From Blastocladiella emersonii ATCC 22665 (Eukaryota; Fungi; Blastocladiomycota), in the NCBI GenBank assembly GCA_025594325.1, contig JANHCV010000012.1:186001-250000 (forward strand): 64,000 nucleotides of DNA, written 5' to 3'. Under the pieces are notes generated by a model. The model did no database searches and was not told the DNA's origin. It saw nothing but the letters and a program-made list of their open reading frames with translations. Positions 10,974 through 21,593 of the stretch are shown here, piece after piece. The position numbers and the translations under genes are program-made. Position 1 is the stretch's first letter. Every line of letters starts with the position of its first letter.

Positions 10974-12152
10974 ATGGGTCGCAAGAAGAAGCAGCTGATG
11001 GCGATGCAGGCGCCCGACCCGGCGAGCATCGCGGGGCAGACGCCGTTCCGCGCCGTCGAGCGAAAGTACAAGCAGCGCTACTCGCCGCTCGACCTCGCCG
11101 AGGTGTTTGACTGGACGCAGTGGGATCCCAACGAGGATGAAGGTGATGTGGACTGGAGTGCGCCACCCGACGTGCCCGAGGGCCGACCGCCGTGCGCCGT
11201 CGCTGTGGAGACGGAGTCGAGCGTGCGCGACCTGCTCGCCGCCGAGTTCCCCGACCTCGACCTCCACAGCGACGGCGCACGACCGCCCGTCATCGCTTTC
11301 CCGGGCTTCCCTGGGTTCCTGTACCTCCCCGCCGCGCTCCCGCCCGCGGTGCAGCGCCACCTCGCGCGCCGGTCGCTGACGGCGTACACGGCGCCGCCCA
11401 ACCAGTGCGACATGTCGGCGCACTGGGCCATCCCCGCTTCGGGCCTGTGGCCGCTGCACGCTGCCGGCTCCACCGACGAGATCCCGCTGCGCCCGCCGCC
11501 CGCCGATGGCGACGACAGCGACGAGGACGCGAGCGGGGCGTACGCGCGCGGGACTCCGCCGACGCACCTGACGCCGCTCCCCGCGGGCGCGCTGCTCGAC
11601 CGCCTGCGCTGGTGCACGCTCGGGTACCAGTACCACTGGGCCAGCAAGACGTACCGCAGCACCGAGATGTTCCCGTTCCCCGCCGACCTCGCGGGCCTCG
11701 CGCGCGCCGTCGCGACAGCTGTCGAGTCGGCGACGTATCGCGGAATCGAGGTCGGCACGCGGTACCCGGGCACGCAGTACGTGGCGCAGGCCGGCGTTCT
11801 CAACGTGTACGGGTACCGCGACGCGCTCATGGGCCACGTCGACGAGAGCGAGCCGAACCGCGACGCGCCGCTTGTCTCGGTCTCACTCGGCGCATCGGCC
11901 ATATTCGTGGTCGGCGGCAAGACGCGCGCGACGCGGCCCATGGCGCTGCGGCTGCGGTCGGGCGACGCCGTTGTCATGAGCGGAGCAGCTCGCCGCGCGT
12001 TCCACGGGATCCCGCGCGTACTCGAGGACGAGTACCCGGACTGGATGGCCGAGACAGAGGAGCAGAGCGCGGACGCCGAGTGGAGCATGGTTGTCAAGTA
12101 CCTCCGCGCGCGCAAGGCGCGGATCAATCTGAATGTGCGCCAGGTCTTCTAA
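10974..12152 (+). CDS. ALKBH1: AlkB homolog 1, Fe(II)/2OG dioxygenase
   Basis: LRWCTLGYQY, HVD metal motif (LMGHVDESE), PLVSVSLG, LRSGDAVVMSG..R..FHG, RINLNVRQV. Confidence 0.93.
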   Translation: MGRKKKQLMAMQAPDPASIAGQTPFRAVERKYKQRYSPLDLAEVFDWTQWDPNEDEGDVDWSAPPDVPEGRPPCAVAVETESSVRDLLAAEFPDLDLHSDGARPPVIAFPGFPGFLYLPAALPPAVQRHLARRSLTAYTAPPNQCDMSAHWAIPASGLWPLHAAGSTDEIPLRPPPADGDDSDEDASGAYARGTPPTHLTPLPAGALLDRLRWCTLGYQYHWASKTYRSTEMFPFPADLAGLARAVATAVESATYRGIEVGTRYPGTQYVAQAGVLNVYGYRDALMGHVDESEPNRDAPLVSVSLGASAIFVVGGKTRATRPMALRLRSGDAVVMSGAARRAFHGIPRVLEDEYPDWMAETEEQSADAEWSMVVKYLRARKARINLNVRQVF

Positions 12153-12387
12153 TACATCGGCTTTGCGCCTCGATTGCTGCGTCGGCGTGAGTCTCTCCCG
12201 CTGGATTCAAAGCGCGCGCACCCGCCGTCGCTGACGTGGCGCGCCACACGTGCTCCAGGACCCGCACGATGGCAACGACTGTTACCACCAGCGCACGTGT
12301 CCTAACACGAAAGATGAATAGGAGACGTACTCGTGCCAGCAAAGGTGTGTATTCGGTCTAGGATATGCGTCAGCCTATGACCACGGT

Positions 12388-13948
12388 TCAGTGAATGAAG
12401 CTGCTGTTCGGACACTGCTTGACAAACGCCTCGCGCACGCTGGGCCCAAAGACCCCGTTGCGCGTGAGCATAATCGAGTTCAGGTTCGATGGGAGCGATG
12501 GAATGAGATGCCATAACGCCTCTTCGTCAAGCCAGCATCGCTCGAGTCGCAGCGCAGCGAGATTGGGAGGCATATTTGAAGCGAGCACCTTGGCGCCACC
12601 CACCGCAATACAATTTGAAGAAAGGTCGAGGTTGCGCAATGTGCTCGGCAGTGCCCGAACGAGAGGAGCGAGAGCCTGCGGCGTGTCGAGGCTGCACCAA
12701 CGCAGCTCAAGCGTCTCGAGCTGCGGCGGCATGTGCTTGGCGAGAACGACGGCGGCGGACGTCTCGATGTGCTTACAGTAGCCCAGCGGGACCTTGGGCA
12801 GCTTGAGGGTTTTCAAACTTTGCGGAAGGTGTTCCAAGAGTGCTCGAGCGTTGACCTCGTCAAGGTCAACATTGTCTAGCACGAGCCGTGAGAGGGTTGG
12901 TGGAAAGTGCTCGGCCAGCAAGGTCACCGCAGCGTTTGGCATTGACGTGCAATTGATAGTGAGGGATTTCAGTCCAACCGGCAGTGCGCGTACGAGCGCG
13001 TCAAACGCAGAGGGCGAAAGTGTGCAGTCGAAGATGTCCAAGGCGATCAACAAGGCGGGCAAGCGGTCGAGCTCGGTCCCGCGCACAGTCTCAATGGATT
13101 TGAGGCATAGCGACTCGAGTCCCTCGTGAAGCCAGGATCCAACGAGTTGGTCGGCCTGGTAGTCAATTGGGATATCCGTAAGAGAGACAGCGCGGATCGT
13201 GCTCGGAAAGCGCATGGCCTGGATGAGCGGTAGAGTGATCACGCAGTTCTCGAAGAGCACCTCGTCCACGGTACAGTCGGGTTGGGAAAGCAGGTGGGCG
13301 ATCAGGTCAGCCCCGCCACGAGTGAGCCGGACCGAGTCAAGTTCGAGCTGATCGAGCGCGCCCGAGGCGAGGTCGTCGTAAAGGTCGCACACAAGCAAGT
13401 CGCCGTTTGCTGCCAAAGCATGCCCGTGAAACTACACACACGAACATTATTGTTGGCTTAGATCGAGCTCAACGCGACATAAGGTACGGAAGTACCATTG
13501 CGCTGGGCTCGGCTGGACGCTGCTCCTCCGGCGGAAGGTCCAAAAACACCTGCAACAGCACGGGCGGGGGAGCGCAAGGGTCGAGTTTGAGCGGCAGGCC
13601 CGACTCGCGCCACCACACAAGCACGTCGTAGCAACCGTTTTCCCACGCTCGGTCTAGAGCATGCTCGCTGCACTCAAGCGGCAAGCCATACTTGACCCGC
13701 ATGTCAAGTAAGTCAACTCGGCCCCGCGAGCTTGCTTCGTCTATTGAGTACGCCGCCATGTGGTGCAGGACGGCACGATGAACATCCCTTGAGTAGAAAA
13801 GCGGAAGGACCCGGAGGTACTCGAGCGCAGCTGGTGTGTTGGACGGGTCGAGAGAGCGCACTGCGTGCACGAGAATATTGGCGACTGCAACATAAGGAAT
13901 TTTCAGAGTAGCCGAGCTAACGACGTTGCATGGAGTTGGTTCATTCAT
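12388..13948 (-). CDS. Ankyrin-like + RNI-type LRR protein (paralog of 5360-6772), probable intron near 13434-13497
   Basis: IDEASSRG..VWWRESGLPLK followed by LRRs (LRNLDLSSNCI, LAALRLERCWL). Confidence 0.75.
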
Positions 13949-14091
13949 TCTGCATTGGTTTTATGTGCGCAGGTGGTCGAAGGGAGCGCGGGTCAAAGTG
14001 CCACCAGTTCCCCAATGTCACTCGCGACCCCTGTCAAGCCTCACCTCACACCGCATCACGCGCAAGTGAGTACCGCGTCAGGCACGCATTC

Positions 14092-15924
14092 CTAACACGG
14101 AAACACGCTGAAATCGGGATAATTCTGAGCACGATACGCATACCATTCCGGGAGCGGGTGGAGCGCGGTCGCGGCTGCGGCGGCGGCTGGGCAGCCCAGG
14201 AACTCGCGACACGCGTGCACCGCGCCGCGCGTGATGGCGCAGGCAGACAGGCGGATCGCGGCAGCGTCGGGCAGGTCGAGAAGCGGCGGCAGCGCGTCCT
14301 CGCCCGGGATCAGCTGGCCAGCCTCTTTTGCGCCGCGGCGCGCGATCGCCCAGGCAGGGATTGCCGCGACGCGGGTCGCGAACGCTGCGTCGCGGTCGGC
14401 GCGCAGCGTGTTGACGTTGAGGTGCATGACGTGCAGCAGGTCAGGGCCGAGCAGCGCGTCAATCAGCGTGCCGGCGGCGGGCTTCAGGGCGGCGTCGTGC
14501 TTGGCCGCGCCGACAGACGTGAGCTGGCTAAGCCACGACTCGGAGATCTGGTCGAGCGTCTTGACGCGCTGCTCGTCCATGAGCTTGCACTGGAACCAGT
14601 GGAACGGCGTATCCTGCAGGCCGCACGAGCACCAAGACGCCTTGAAGTCGGCGTTCCAGCACGGGATGCAGCGGGCCTCGGGGTTCCGCTCGGCGGCGCA
14701 CTCGGCCCTGCCGCAGGTGGGCACGGCGATGCGGCCGACCGAGTGCAGCGACTCGCGGCACGGCAGCTTGTTGGTGAGCGCGCGCAGGCGGAAGGACGCC
14801 TCCTTGTTCTAGTCGCGCGAGGTGCGGCGCGCGAGCGGGCGCGACCCGCCGTGGAGCGCGAGCGCGGTCGCCTCCCAGTCGAGCTCCTCGGCCTGGGCGG
14901 TGGCGGCGTTTGCAGCTGCTACAGCGGCGGCTGCAGCGGTGTCGGCGGGTTCGGGCTCGGGCGGCGGCGGCTGCGCGAGCGCGAGGTGCGTCACGTTCTC
15001 GGCGAGCACTGCTTCGTGGCACTCGGCCTGTGCGAGGTCGCGCATGAACTTGCGCGGGCCGCCGCCAATCTTGTGGTCAAAAATGGCGGGGACGTGGTGG
15101 AGGTCCGGCTCGGTGCGCGTGCGTTTCAAAAAGTACGCGTCCGAGGCGGGCGGCTGGTTCGCCGCGGCCTTGGCGGCGCGGTCGGCGACGTTGTTGGGCA
15201 TGGTCGAGTCGTCGGCGTGGCCGCGGACCCACGAGAAGGTGATTTTGACGTTGCGGTCGCGCAGCGCGAGGCGGAGCGCGGACCACAGGTCGCTCAACGC
15301 GCACTGGACGCGCTGCCGCACCGTCGCCGTTGGCGACAGCTGCGTGCGCGCGGCCTCGATGGCGGCCTGCGAGTCCGAGTAGATGTGCAGCGCGGTCCCG
15401 GCGGCGACCTGCGACACGGCGAGGACGAACGCGTGGATTTCGGCGCGCGTCGACGAGAACGGGCCGGGCGGGAGCTTGGCGGCGGCGATGTGGCCCATGT
15501 TGTTGTCCGTGACGCCGTTGGTGGCCGCGCGGCAATCAGCAGCGAAGCGCGTGGCCGTGTCGTAGCCTTAGGGCAGAGGGAACACGGCGGCGGAGCCCGC
15601 GCGCGCAACGCCCTTGGGGCCTGGGCGGTCCGCGTAGTACGAGCCGTCTGTGTACGCAACAACAACGTTGCCCGGGGTGGGCATGATCTCAAACCCGACG
15701 GCGCGGACTGGATCGACGACGCGCATTCAGTCCGAGCGTGATGGCTTGGCCTGAAACGAAGACCGGCTAACCGTTCGAACCCTAGGCCATGGGGGATCGT
15801 TTGAGCGAGGTCTCTTTTGGCTCCACGACGTTTGACTTCGCCGCGTCCGTGCGAACCAAAAGGTTGTGTTAGGGTATTTATTTCTTTTGACATCTACTCT
15901 CCGTGTGATCCTTTTTGGTACCAA
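14092..15924 (-). mobile_element. Decayed 3' part of a non-LTR retrotransposon (RNase H + C-terminal Zn finger)
   Basis: RNase H residues YTDGS, RAE, YSDS, WVRGH, NVADRAAK; CIPC..TPFHWFQC; stops and a frameshift near 14810; no RT seen. Confidence 0.75.
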
Positions 15925-16247
15925 ATGCTTACGCCAAAGAGCGGTTGTCCATGGATGGGCTGTCTTTCAGACGCTTGCGCTCGCCTTATGTTCACCCGTA
16001 TCACCAGCGCCAGCGCGTTCGCTCAGCCGCGCGTGGAAAATTCCTACTTGTCGCAAATAAAAAACAGAAAGCAAAAGGAGTACCTCGCCGGTTCGGGCGC
16101 CCTTGCACAATATGCATCTGGGTTTGAACTCTTAGCCATTATCCCATTTCACATCTTGTAAACAAAGCCGCCGCGCTCCACCTGAGAGCTATCAATCAAC
16201 TTGGATAAAGTTATTCAATGCCACACCTCCCAACAAGCTTGGCATGT

Positions 16248-17023
16248 TGCCGTATCCCTTAAGGGATACGGCATGGGCTGACCCACCACCACCTGGGCTG
16301 ACCAATTGCTTACCCCGAGCGGTCGGCGGCAGTCACTCAGGCTAACCACGTGATCGGCAATGCGTTACCCCGGGTAATATATTGAGATTTGCCAAATGCC
16401 CCAGGGGTACGGCACGGGGGCGGGTGGCGGGTGGGTCACGTGGATCACGTGCAGATGAACGGCGCGTGGGCACGGCTGCGAGTCAATCTGCGAGACAAGT
16501 CCAAGAGCAGATCCCTGAGCCCGTCCCTGACCAACCGCTCGGGCTGACCATTGCTTACCCCAAGCGGTTGGCGGCGGCCGGCGAGCGCAGCGAGACAAAG
16601 AGCAGCGCAGCTGCGGCTACCCACTGACAGAGTTCCATGGTCTGGTCCCTGACCTGACCCCCGAGCCTGTCCCTGACCTGACCCCCGAGCCCGTCCCTGA
16701 CCTGACCCCCGAGCCCATCCCCGACCACCTGCCGCAAGCGGCTGCTATGAAGCCACTCACCGTAAAGGTTCCACTTTCATGGCATATTACGACAGAGTAT
16801 ATATATACACTACCCTTTTTTGCCATGAAAGTGGAACTTTCAAAGACAAGAGGTCAGGGTACGGGGGGGGGGGGGAAGGTTGAGGACAAGGGAGCGTCTT
16901 AGCAGCATCAATGTATTGGGCAGGACAGGGGTCAGGGCAAGGGAGCGTCTTAGCAGGCAGCATCTTAGCAGGCAGGAAGGCAGCGTGGCAGGTCGTGGAG
17001 TGTCTTAGAGCTCGTTGTTGTCC
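16248..17023 (+). repeat. Left terminal inverted repeat (776 bp)
   Basis: Reverse complement of 31614-32359; differs by one 24-bp unit, G-run length and about 3 substitutions; begins with 26-bp palindrome TGCCGTATCCCTTAAGGGATACGGCA. Confidence 0.95.
16768..16837. promoter_or_regulatory. Origin-like inverted repeat in TIR: 17-bp arms around a 36-bp AT-rich spacer
   Basis: GTTCCACTTTCATGGCA (16768-16784) / TGCCATGAAAGTGGAAC (16821-16837), TATATATATA in spacer; mirrored in right TIR. Confidence 0.55.
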
Positions 17024-17492
17024 AGCTTGAGGACAAAGGTCGGGGACTGCTGCGGGGTGGTCGTCCAGCTTGCCCAGTGAGCCGCGTGGCTGGTGAACTG
17101 ACCAACCGCGTGGCTGGGGAATTAGCGCTATCCCTTGCCCTATAAGAACCCCCCACCGCCCCCCTCCCCAGACCTGCTCTCCACCACCCACAACTGAAGC
17201 CATGACACAGATTCACTGCCTCAAGCCCCTGCTGGAGCGCGTATAGGCCATCTTGCTGCAATGAGCCCAACACACTCACAGGACTTTTGGTATGGGTGTC
17301 ATGGCCAACGTTGTGGGTGGTCAAAGTGTACGGCACAAGACGTACAGGGCTATCTGCTGTGCACGGCAATAGACTCAGTTGCTTGTGTCAGGACATGGAG
17401 CGCTGCGCGGACTTGCTACCCGTGCAGTTGCACCATGGACCTTTCTTCCTTTATCCTGTTGGCGCTGTGTGGTCAATGAGCTTTGGTCTGTG

Positions 17493-17604
17493 CTGGTGTC
17501 CTGGTGTGTTGGTGTCCTGGTGTCCTGGTGTGTTGGTCTCCTGGTGTCCTGGTGTGTTGGTGTCCTGGTGTCCTGGTGTCCTGGTGTCCTGGTGTGCCGG
17601 TGTA
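17493..17604. repeat. 8-bp tandem repeat (CTGGTGTC / TTGGTGTC / CTGGTGTG) with 24-bp higher order, about 14 units
   Basis: Directly visible. Confidence 0.9.
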
Positions 17605-18294
17605 CTGTGTGGTCGATGAGTACTTGGCAATGATGCCCTGCTCCACACTGGAACTCTGATTAGTGGTTGGCCACCATGAAAGGAGACTCCAGTGTGGGGC
17701 AGTCTGGGGGCTGCCTGGCCAGCAGCTCCTGGACGGGGGCGGAGCACCCATTGCTACGTTATGTCATTACAGGGGGCTGTGGTCACGTGACCAGTTGCCA
17801 TGGACTGTTTGGTGGTGATGATGGAAGCGCGTTCAACGCACAAGTCTTTGACTTCTTCTCTGAGCCTTCAGTAACCCATGCGGGGCTGCATCCTTGACAT
17901 CACTCCCCTGCCTCAACCGCCGTGCGACCACTTGGAGCCACCTCGGTGGGTCTATGACAACCAGTTCCTGCTGGCCACGGTAGTTTACCCATGCTGTCAT
18001 CACACGTACACTTACCGCCGTAACGACTACTAAGTCTTTGGTCTTCAGTCTTCAAGGTAGCATTCACTGTTAACTTGAAGGGGCGCTTACTCAAAGCGCA
18101 CGGTGTACACAACTTTGACGCCGGGTGGACTTGTGTCTCGGATGGCCGTGTACTGGCTCAGGAACTTTGGCCCTGGTGTGGTTGGAGAAGGTGTATGGGG
18201 TGGTGACAAAGTGCAGCCAGTAGCCTGGTTCATGGTGTTGTCTCTTACTACGTTGTCGGGAAAATAAACACATTGCGCTGATGCGTTGCTTAGT

Positions 18295-18399
18295 CTACGG
18301 CGCGAATATCTTTGAGCGCGCTGGAGGTGTACCAATGATGGCAAGGTTGGCCACAAGGATGACCACGTTGGCTGCAAGGACAAGTGTCTCAAGGATCAT
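18295..18399 (-). CDS. Viral 34-aa hydrophobic peptide
   Basis: MILETLVLAANVVILVANLAIIGTPPARSKIFAP; preceded by the shared motif TTTTTTGCTGTGTACATGTAAG-ATG. Confidence 0.4.
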   Translation of the reverse strand: MILETLVLAANVVILVANLAIIGTPPARSKIFAP

Positions 18400-18429
18400 C
18401 TTACATGTACACAGCAAAAAAGTCGCAGC

Positions 18430-19176
18430 TCAGATGAACGCAAGCTCAATGTAGAAGGGTTGCCCCAGGAAGTCAACAGAGCGCAGGTTCTTGTCCACCA
18501 CGTCAACGTCAATGGAGTCTATCAGCTGTGGTGTGCCTCGCGCGTCAAAGCGAAAGTAGTCGCTCATGTGTGGACGGTGCTTGAACCAGCTCCCAAACGG
18601 CTGTGTGACATGGATGCTGCACAGCACACCATTGTCCTGCGGGTACGCCAAGAACATGTTGTCCGCAAGGCGGCTGCCCAGGTTGTGCGAGTACACATGC
18701 AGCAGGTTGATGGGAGAGATGTTCACCAGAGATGTCCCGTACTGGACCTTGCTGTAGCCGTAGCTGCTGACAAAGCCCATGTGTGTGTTCAGCGCAGCGG
18801 CCCCTGTCCCAACAGTGAAGTCGCAGGTGTCATTGGCAATGCGCATCTTCTGTGTGGTGGAGTCAACCTGCACATCCCATGTGCCCTGCCACAGAAGACT
18901 TGACGGCGCGTTGTTGAGCAGGCTCTTGAGCGTTGACATGAACGTCTCAACTGTGTAGTTGCCGTCAGGGACAGTGATGGTCCCTGGGAAGGTCACACTG
19001 CCACGGCTCTGTGTCAGGTACACCTTGTTGGCCTTGGAGTTGACCGTGTGCCAGCTGTTGCAGAGGTATGCTGAGTTGACCTTGATGCCGCTCACAGACA
19101 CGGCCCGCGGGAGGTACAGCACACCGTTCTTGAGGTCGCGGCTGCAGATGGTCAGTGTCTTGTAGGAGCCAGTCAT
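18430..19176 (-). CDS. Minor capsid (penton-like) protein
   Basis: ITVPDGNYT, NISPINLLHVYS and IDVDVVDKNLRSVDFLGQPFYIELAF are typical of Polinton/PLV minor capsid proteins; located downstream of MCP. Confidence 0.8.
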   Translation of the reverse strand: MTGSYKTLTICSRDLKNGVLYLPRAVSVSGIKVNSAYLCNSWHTVNSKANKVYLTQSRGSVTFPGTITVPDGNYTVETFMSTLKSLLNNAPSSLLWQGTWDVQVDSTTQKMRIANDTCDFTVGTGAAALNTHMGFVSSYGYSKVQYGTSLVNISPINLLHVYSHNLGSRLADNMFLAYPQDNGVLCSIHVTQPFGSWFKHRPHMSDYFRFDARGTPQLIDSIDVDVVDKNLRSVDFLGQPFYIELAFI

Positions 19177-19197
19177 TTAAGTAAGGCTTAGAAGATA

Positions 19198-19464
19198 TTA
19201 TTGCACTGCCGTGCCTGTGTCGTTGTCGTCTGTCTCAAAGATCTCACTTGTTGGCCGGTTGTACCATGTGTGGATGTCCTGGGCCAGGTCAGCGCCCTTG
19301 GACACAAGCTGTGCCACAGACGACACGGCAGGGTTGTGCGAGCGCTCAAAGAACTTGGACACGGTCTTGACTCCCTTGAGCACGGTGGGGAGATGCTTGT
19401 TCACAAAGCCGCCTACCTGGCCGAGCACATTGCTGAAGTTGGTCCACAGGTTCCTGAAGATCAT
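19198..19464 (-). CDS. 88-aa viral protein with N-terminal amphipathic helix
   Basis: MIFRNLWTNFSNVLGQVGGFVNKHL; between MCP and minor capsid; shared upstream motif. Confidence 0.6.
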   Translation of the reverse strand: MIFRNLWTNFSNVLGQVGGFVNKHLPTVLKGVKTVSKFFERSHNPAVSSVAQLVSKGADLAQDIHTWYNRPTSEIFETDDNDTGTAVQ

Positions 19465-19503
19465 TGCGTTTAACTGTACGCAAGAAAAGAATGCACGCGG
19501 GGC

Positions 19504-20724
19504 TTACTTGTAGAGGTTGACCTTGCCGGTTGGGAGGAACTTGTACACAATGTCAACACCAACAAAGGCGTCAACACGCTGGTTTGGGACAGTGTTTGAG
19601 GTGAGGATGATCTGCATGTCCACGGCCTGGCTCTTGCAAGACTTGTCGCCGCTGACAATGGTACGGGATGACTCAAGGTTGCGGCCAATGCAGAAGGTCC
19701 CCTCAGCTGGCGCATTGTACTTGTCCACTGACATGCCTGCACCAATGACATGGCCATGGAAGGCGTTGGACAGCTCTACAAAGGCCTCTGAAGCGTAGTT
19801 GTCACAGCGGACAGGCTTCTGGGGGAAGAGACGGCCACTAACGCTGAACTGGTACGTTGCAATGGTCTTGGCACGGAGGAACAAGTCCTTGGCATTGTCA
19901 TTGAGCACTGCGTTGTTGCGGAACGACACCAGCACGTCCTTTTGTGACGCACTGCGGTCAGAGACGTTGAGCGTAGAGTTGGGCACCGAGTAGTTGAGGA
20001 AGTGGTGGTTGTACGTTGTGCCGTAGAGCTTGAGACCCTGGTTCTTGAAGGCAGCGTCCATGACAGCGATCTGCTGGTCATTGAGCTTGATCAGGTCAGA
20101 CACAATGCACACGTCCTTGACACTGTAGCTTGGGATGGCATTGTTCTTGACCACACAGGCATCTGCACCAGGAGCCAGGGTGAACTCGATGCGGATACCA
20201 CCAAGGTACTTCATGGGCAGATGCTTCTGGTTGGACAGCAGTGCAGACTTGATGGGCAGCATGTACCGGTGAAGTCCAGATGACACAGCAAAGCGGTCAG
20301 CCCCAGTGGCAAAGTAACCCTGGGCCATGCCAAGGCATGAGTCCTTGAGGTGCTGCGGGACAGTCACGTCAGCCTCAATGCGCTGACGCAGGTTGTAGTA
20401 GGGAAGCTCTTCCAGCAGGGCTCCACCCGCGCTGTAGACTTGCACACGGTCAATGATGCTGAAGATGCCATCACAGAAGGCGACGTTGGCATCTGCAGTC
20501 TTGGCACTGAACTGCAGGAACGTGCAGTGGGTGTCCATCATGTCATTGTGCGGGGGCAGGAGGACACTGATAGTGTTGCCAGGTGCAAACTTGGGGCCGC
20601 CCTGTGCAGTGAACTGGACAGTCTGGCGCTCGGCATACACAGACTCCTTGGGCAGGTTAAACGTCATCTCTGGCGGCAGAGTCTTTGACAGGACCTGGGA
20701 GAACTGGGCATTGGTGGAAGACAT
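19504..20724 (-). CDS. Major capsid protein (double jelly-roll type, PLV-like)
   Basis: 406 aa, beta-rich; FAPGNTISVLLP, SIIDRVQVYS..LEEL..YN, HLPMKYLGGIRIEFTLA; adjacent to ATPase and penton. Confidence 0.8.
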   Translation of the reverse strand: MSSTNAQFSQVLSKTLPPEMTFNLPKESVYAERQTVQFTAQGGPKFAPGNTISVLLPPHNDMMDTHCTFLQFSAKTADANVAFCDGIFSIIDRVQVYSAGGALLEELPYYNLRQRIEADVTVPQHLKDSCLGMAQGYFATGADRFAVSSGLHRYMLPIKSALLSNQKHLPMKYLGGIRIEFTLAPGADACVVKNNAIPSYSVKDVCIVSDLIKLNDQQIAVMDAAFKNQGLKLYGTTYNHHFLNYSVPNSTLNVSDRSASQKDVLVSFRNNAVLNDNAKDLFLRAKTIATYQFSVSGRLFPQKPVRCDNYASEAFVELSNAFHGHVIGAGMSVDKYNAPAEGTFCIGRNLESSRTIVSGDKSCKSQAVDMQIILTSNTVPNQRVDAFVGVDIVYKFLPTGKVNLYK

Positions 20725-20767
20725 GGCGTGTGTTACTGAAGCACAAGAAAAAAAGTCGCTGCGTTGC

Positions 20768-21568
20768 TTAGTCCTTGATGATCCACTCGCTGAAGCTGTC
20801 TACCAGCCTGTACTTGGGACTGTTCTGGTTGTTGACACCAAGGAAGCGTCGCTTGGTGTTGCCCTCTGAGCGGGTGTCAAAGAGCTGTTCAATGATCACC
20901 TCAAACTCCTTGAGCAAGAACTGCGACCCGATCTCCTTGTGCAGTGTCTTGACCTCTGTCTTGTTGTAGATGGGGTACACAACGCTGTAGCTGCAGTTGA
21001 TGCGCAGTGTCTTGGGCAGAGCACACCAGCGCTGCACGCCAATGATGCAGCTGATCTTGAGGTGTTGCGAGTTGCACAGGAAGTTGGTCAGCGTCTTGTG
21101 GGACAGCAGCTTGAGCCCCAGCACGTCGTCAATGATCAGCAGCTGGTCCTGCAGTGCCTTCTTGCCCTGGTCTTCAAAGGTCTTGGTCAGGTCTTTGTGC
21201 ATCTTGAGCAGCGTGGGGATGAACAGCTCTGGGTCCGTGACAATGCACGATGGCTTCACCTTGAGCCGGTTTGGGTTGTGCTCCTGTGGATCAAGTACAT
21301 TGTGCTGCTTCTTGGGTGGTCGCAGGATCGCCTGTGAGGCAATGTACTTGTACTTGTTGTCAGCATGGAAGGTGGGGTTGAAGACCCAGATGTTGTCAAA
21401 GCATCCCTTGTAGAACTGCGGGAAGCACACAAGGTTGGCGATCAGTGTTGACTTGCCCTGACCCTTGGCGCCAATGACGTTCATGGTGAAGGGGTGCTTG
21501 GGGATGGGCAAAGGCTGGTTGTCGTCGTTCCTGGTGAAGCTGTTGTCAATGGCCACAATGTCGTACAT
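20768..21568 (-). CDS. A32/FtsK-like genome packaging ATPase
   Basis: Walker A GAKGQGKS, Walker B LLIIDD, LRINC arginine-finger region; likely start MYDIV at 21568. Confidence 0.9.
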   Translation of the reverse strand: MYDIVAIDNSFTRNDDNQPLPIPKHPFTMNVIGAKGQGKSTLIANLVCFPQFYKGCFDNIWVFNPTFHADNKYKYIASQAILRPPKKQHNVLDPQEHNPNRLKVKPSCIVTDPELFIPTLLKMHKDLTKTFEDQGKKALQDQLLIIDDVLGLKLLSHKTLTNFLCNSQHLKISCIIGVQRWCALPKTLRINCSYSVVYPIYNKTEVKTLHKEIGSQFLLKEFEVIIEQLFDTRSEGNTKRRFLGVNNQNSPKYRLVDSFSEWIIKD

Positions 21569-21593
21569 CTTACTGTACCCCAAGACAAAAGGT

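Noticed and set aside
13930-15741. 603-aa plus-strand ORF, and similar long antisense ORFs such as 23963-25252, 32827-34047, 36012-37373 and 62873-63769
   Set aside because: Shadow frames of GC-rich real genes or TE remnants on the opposite strand; Arg/Ala/Gly-rich with no motifs
16365-17203. ORFs in the TIRs (SGTGSGVR repeats etc.)
   Set aside because: Translations of 24-bp repeats and G-runs, with frames differing between the two TIRs; likely non-coding
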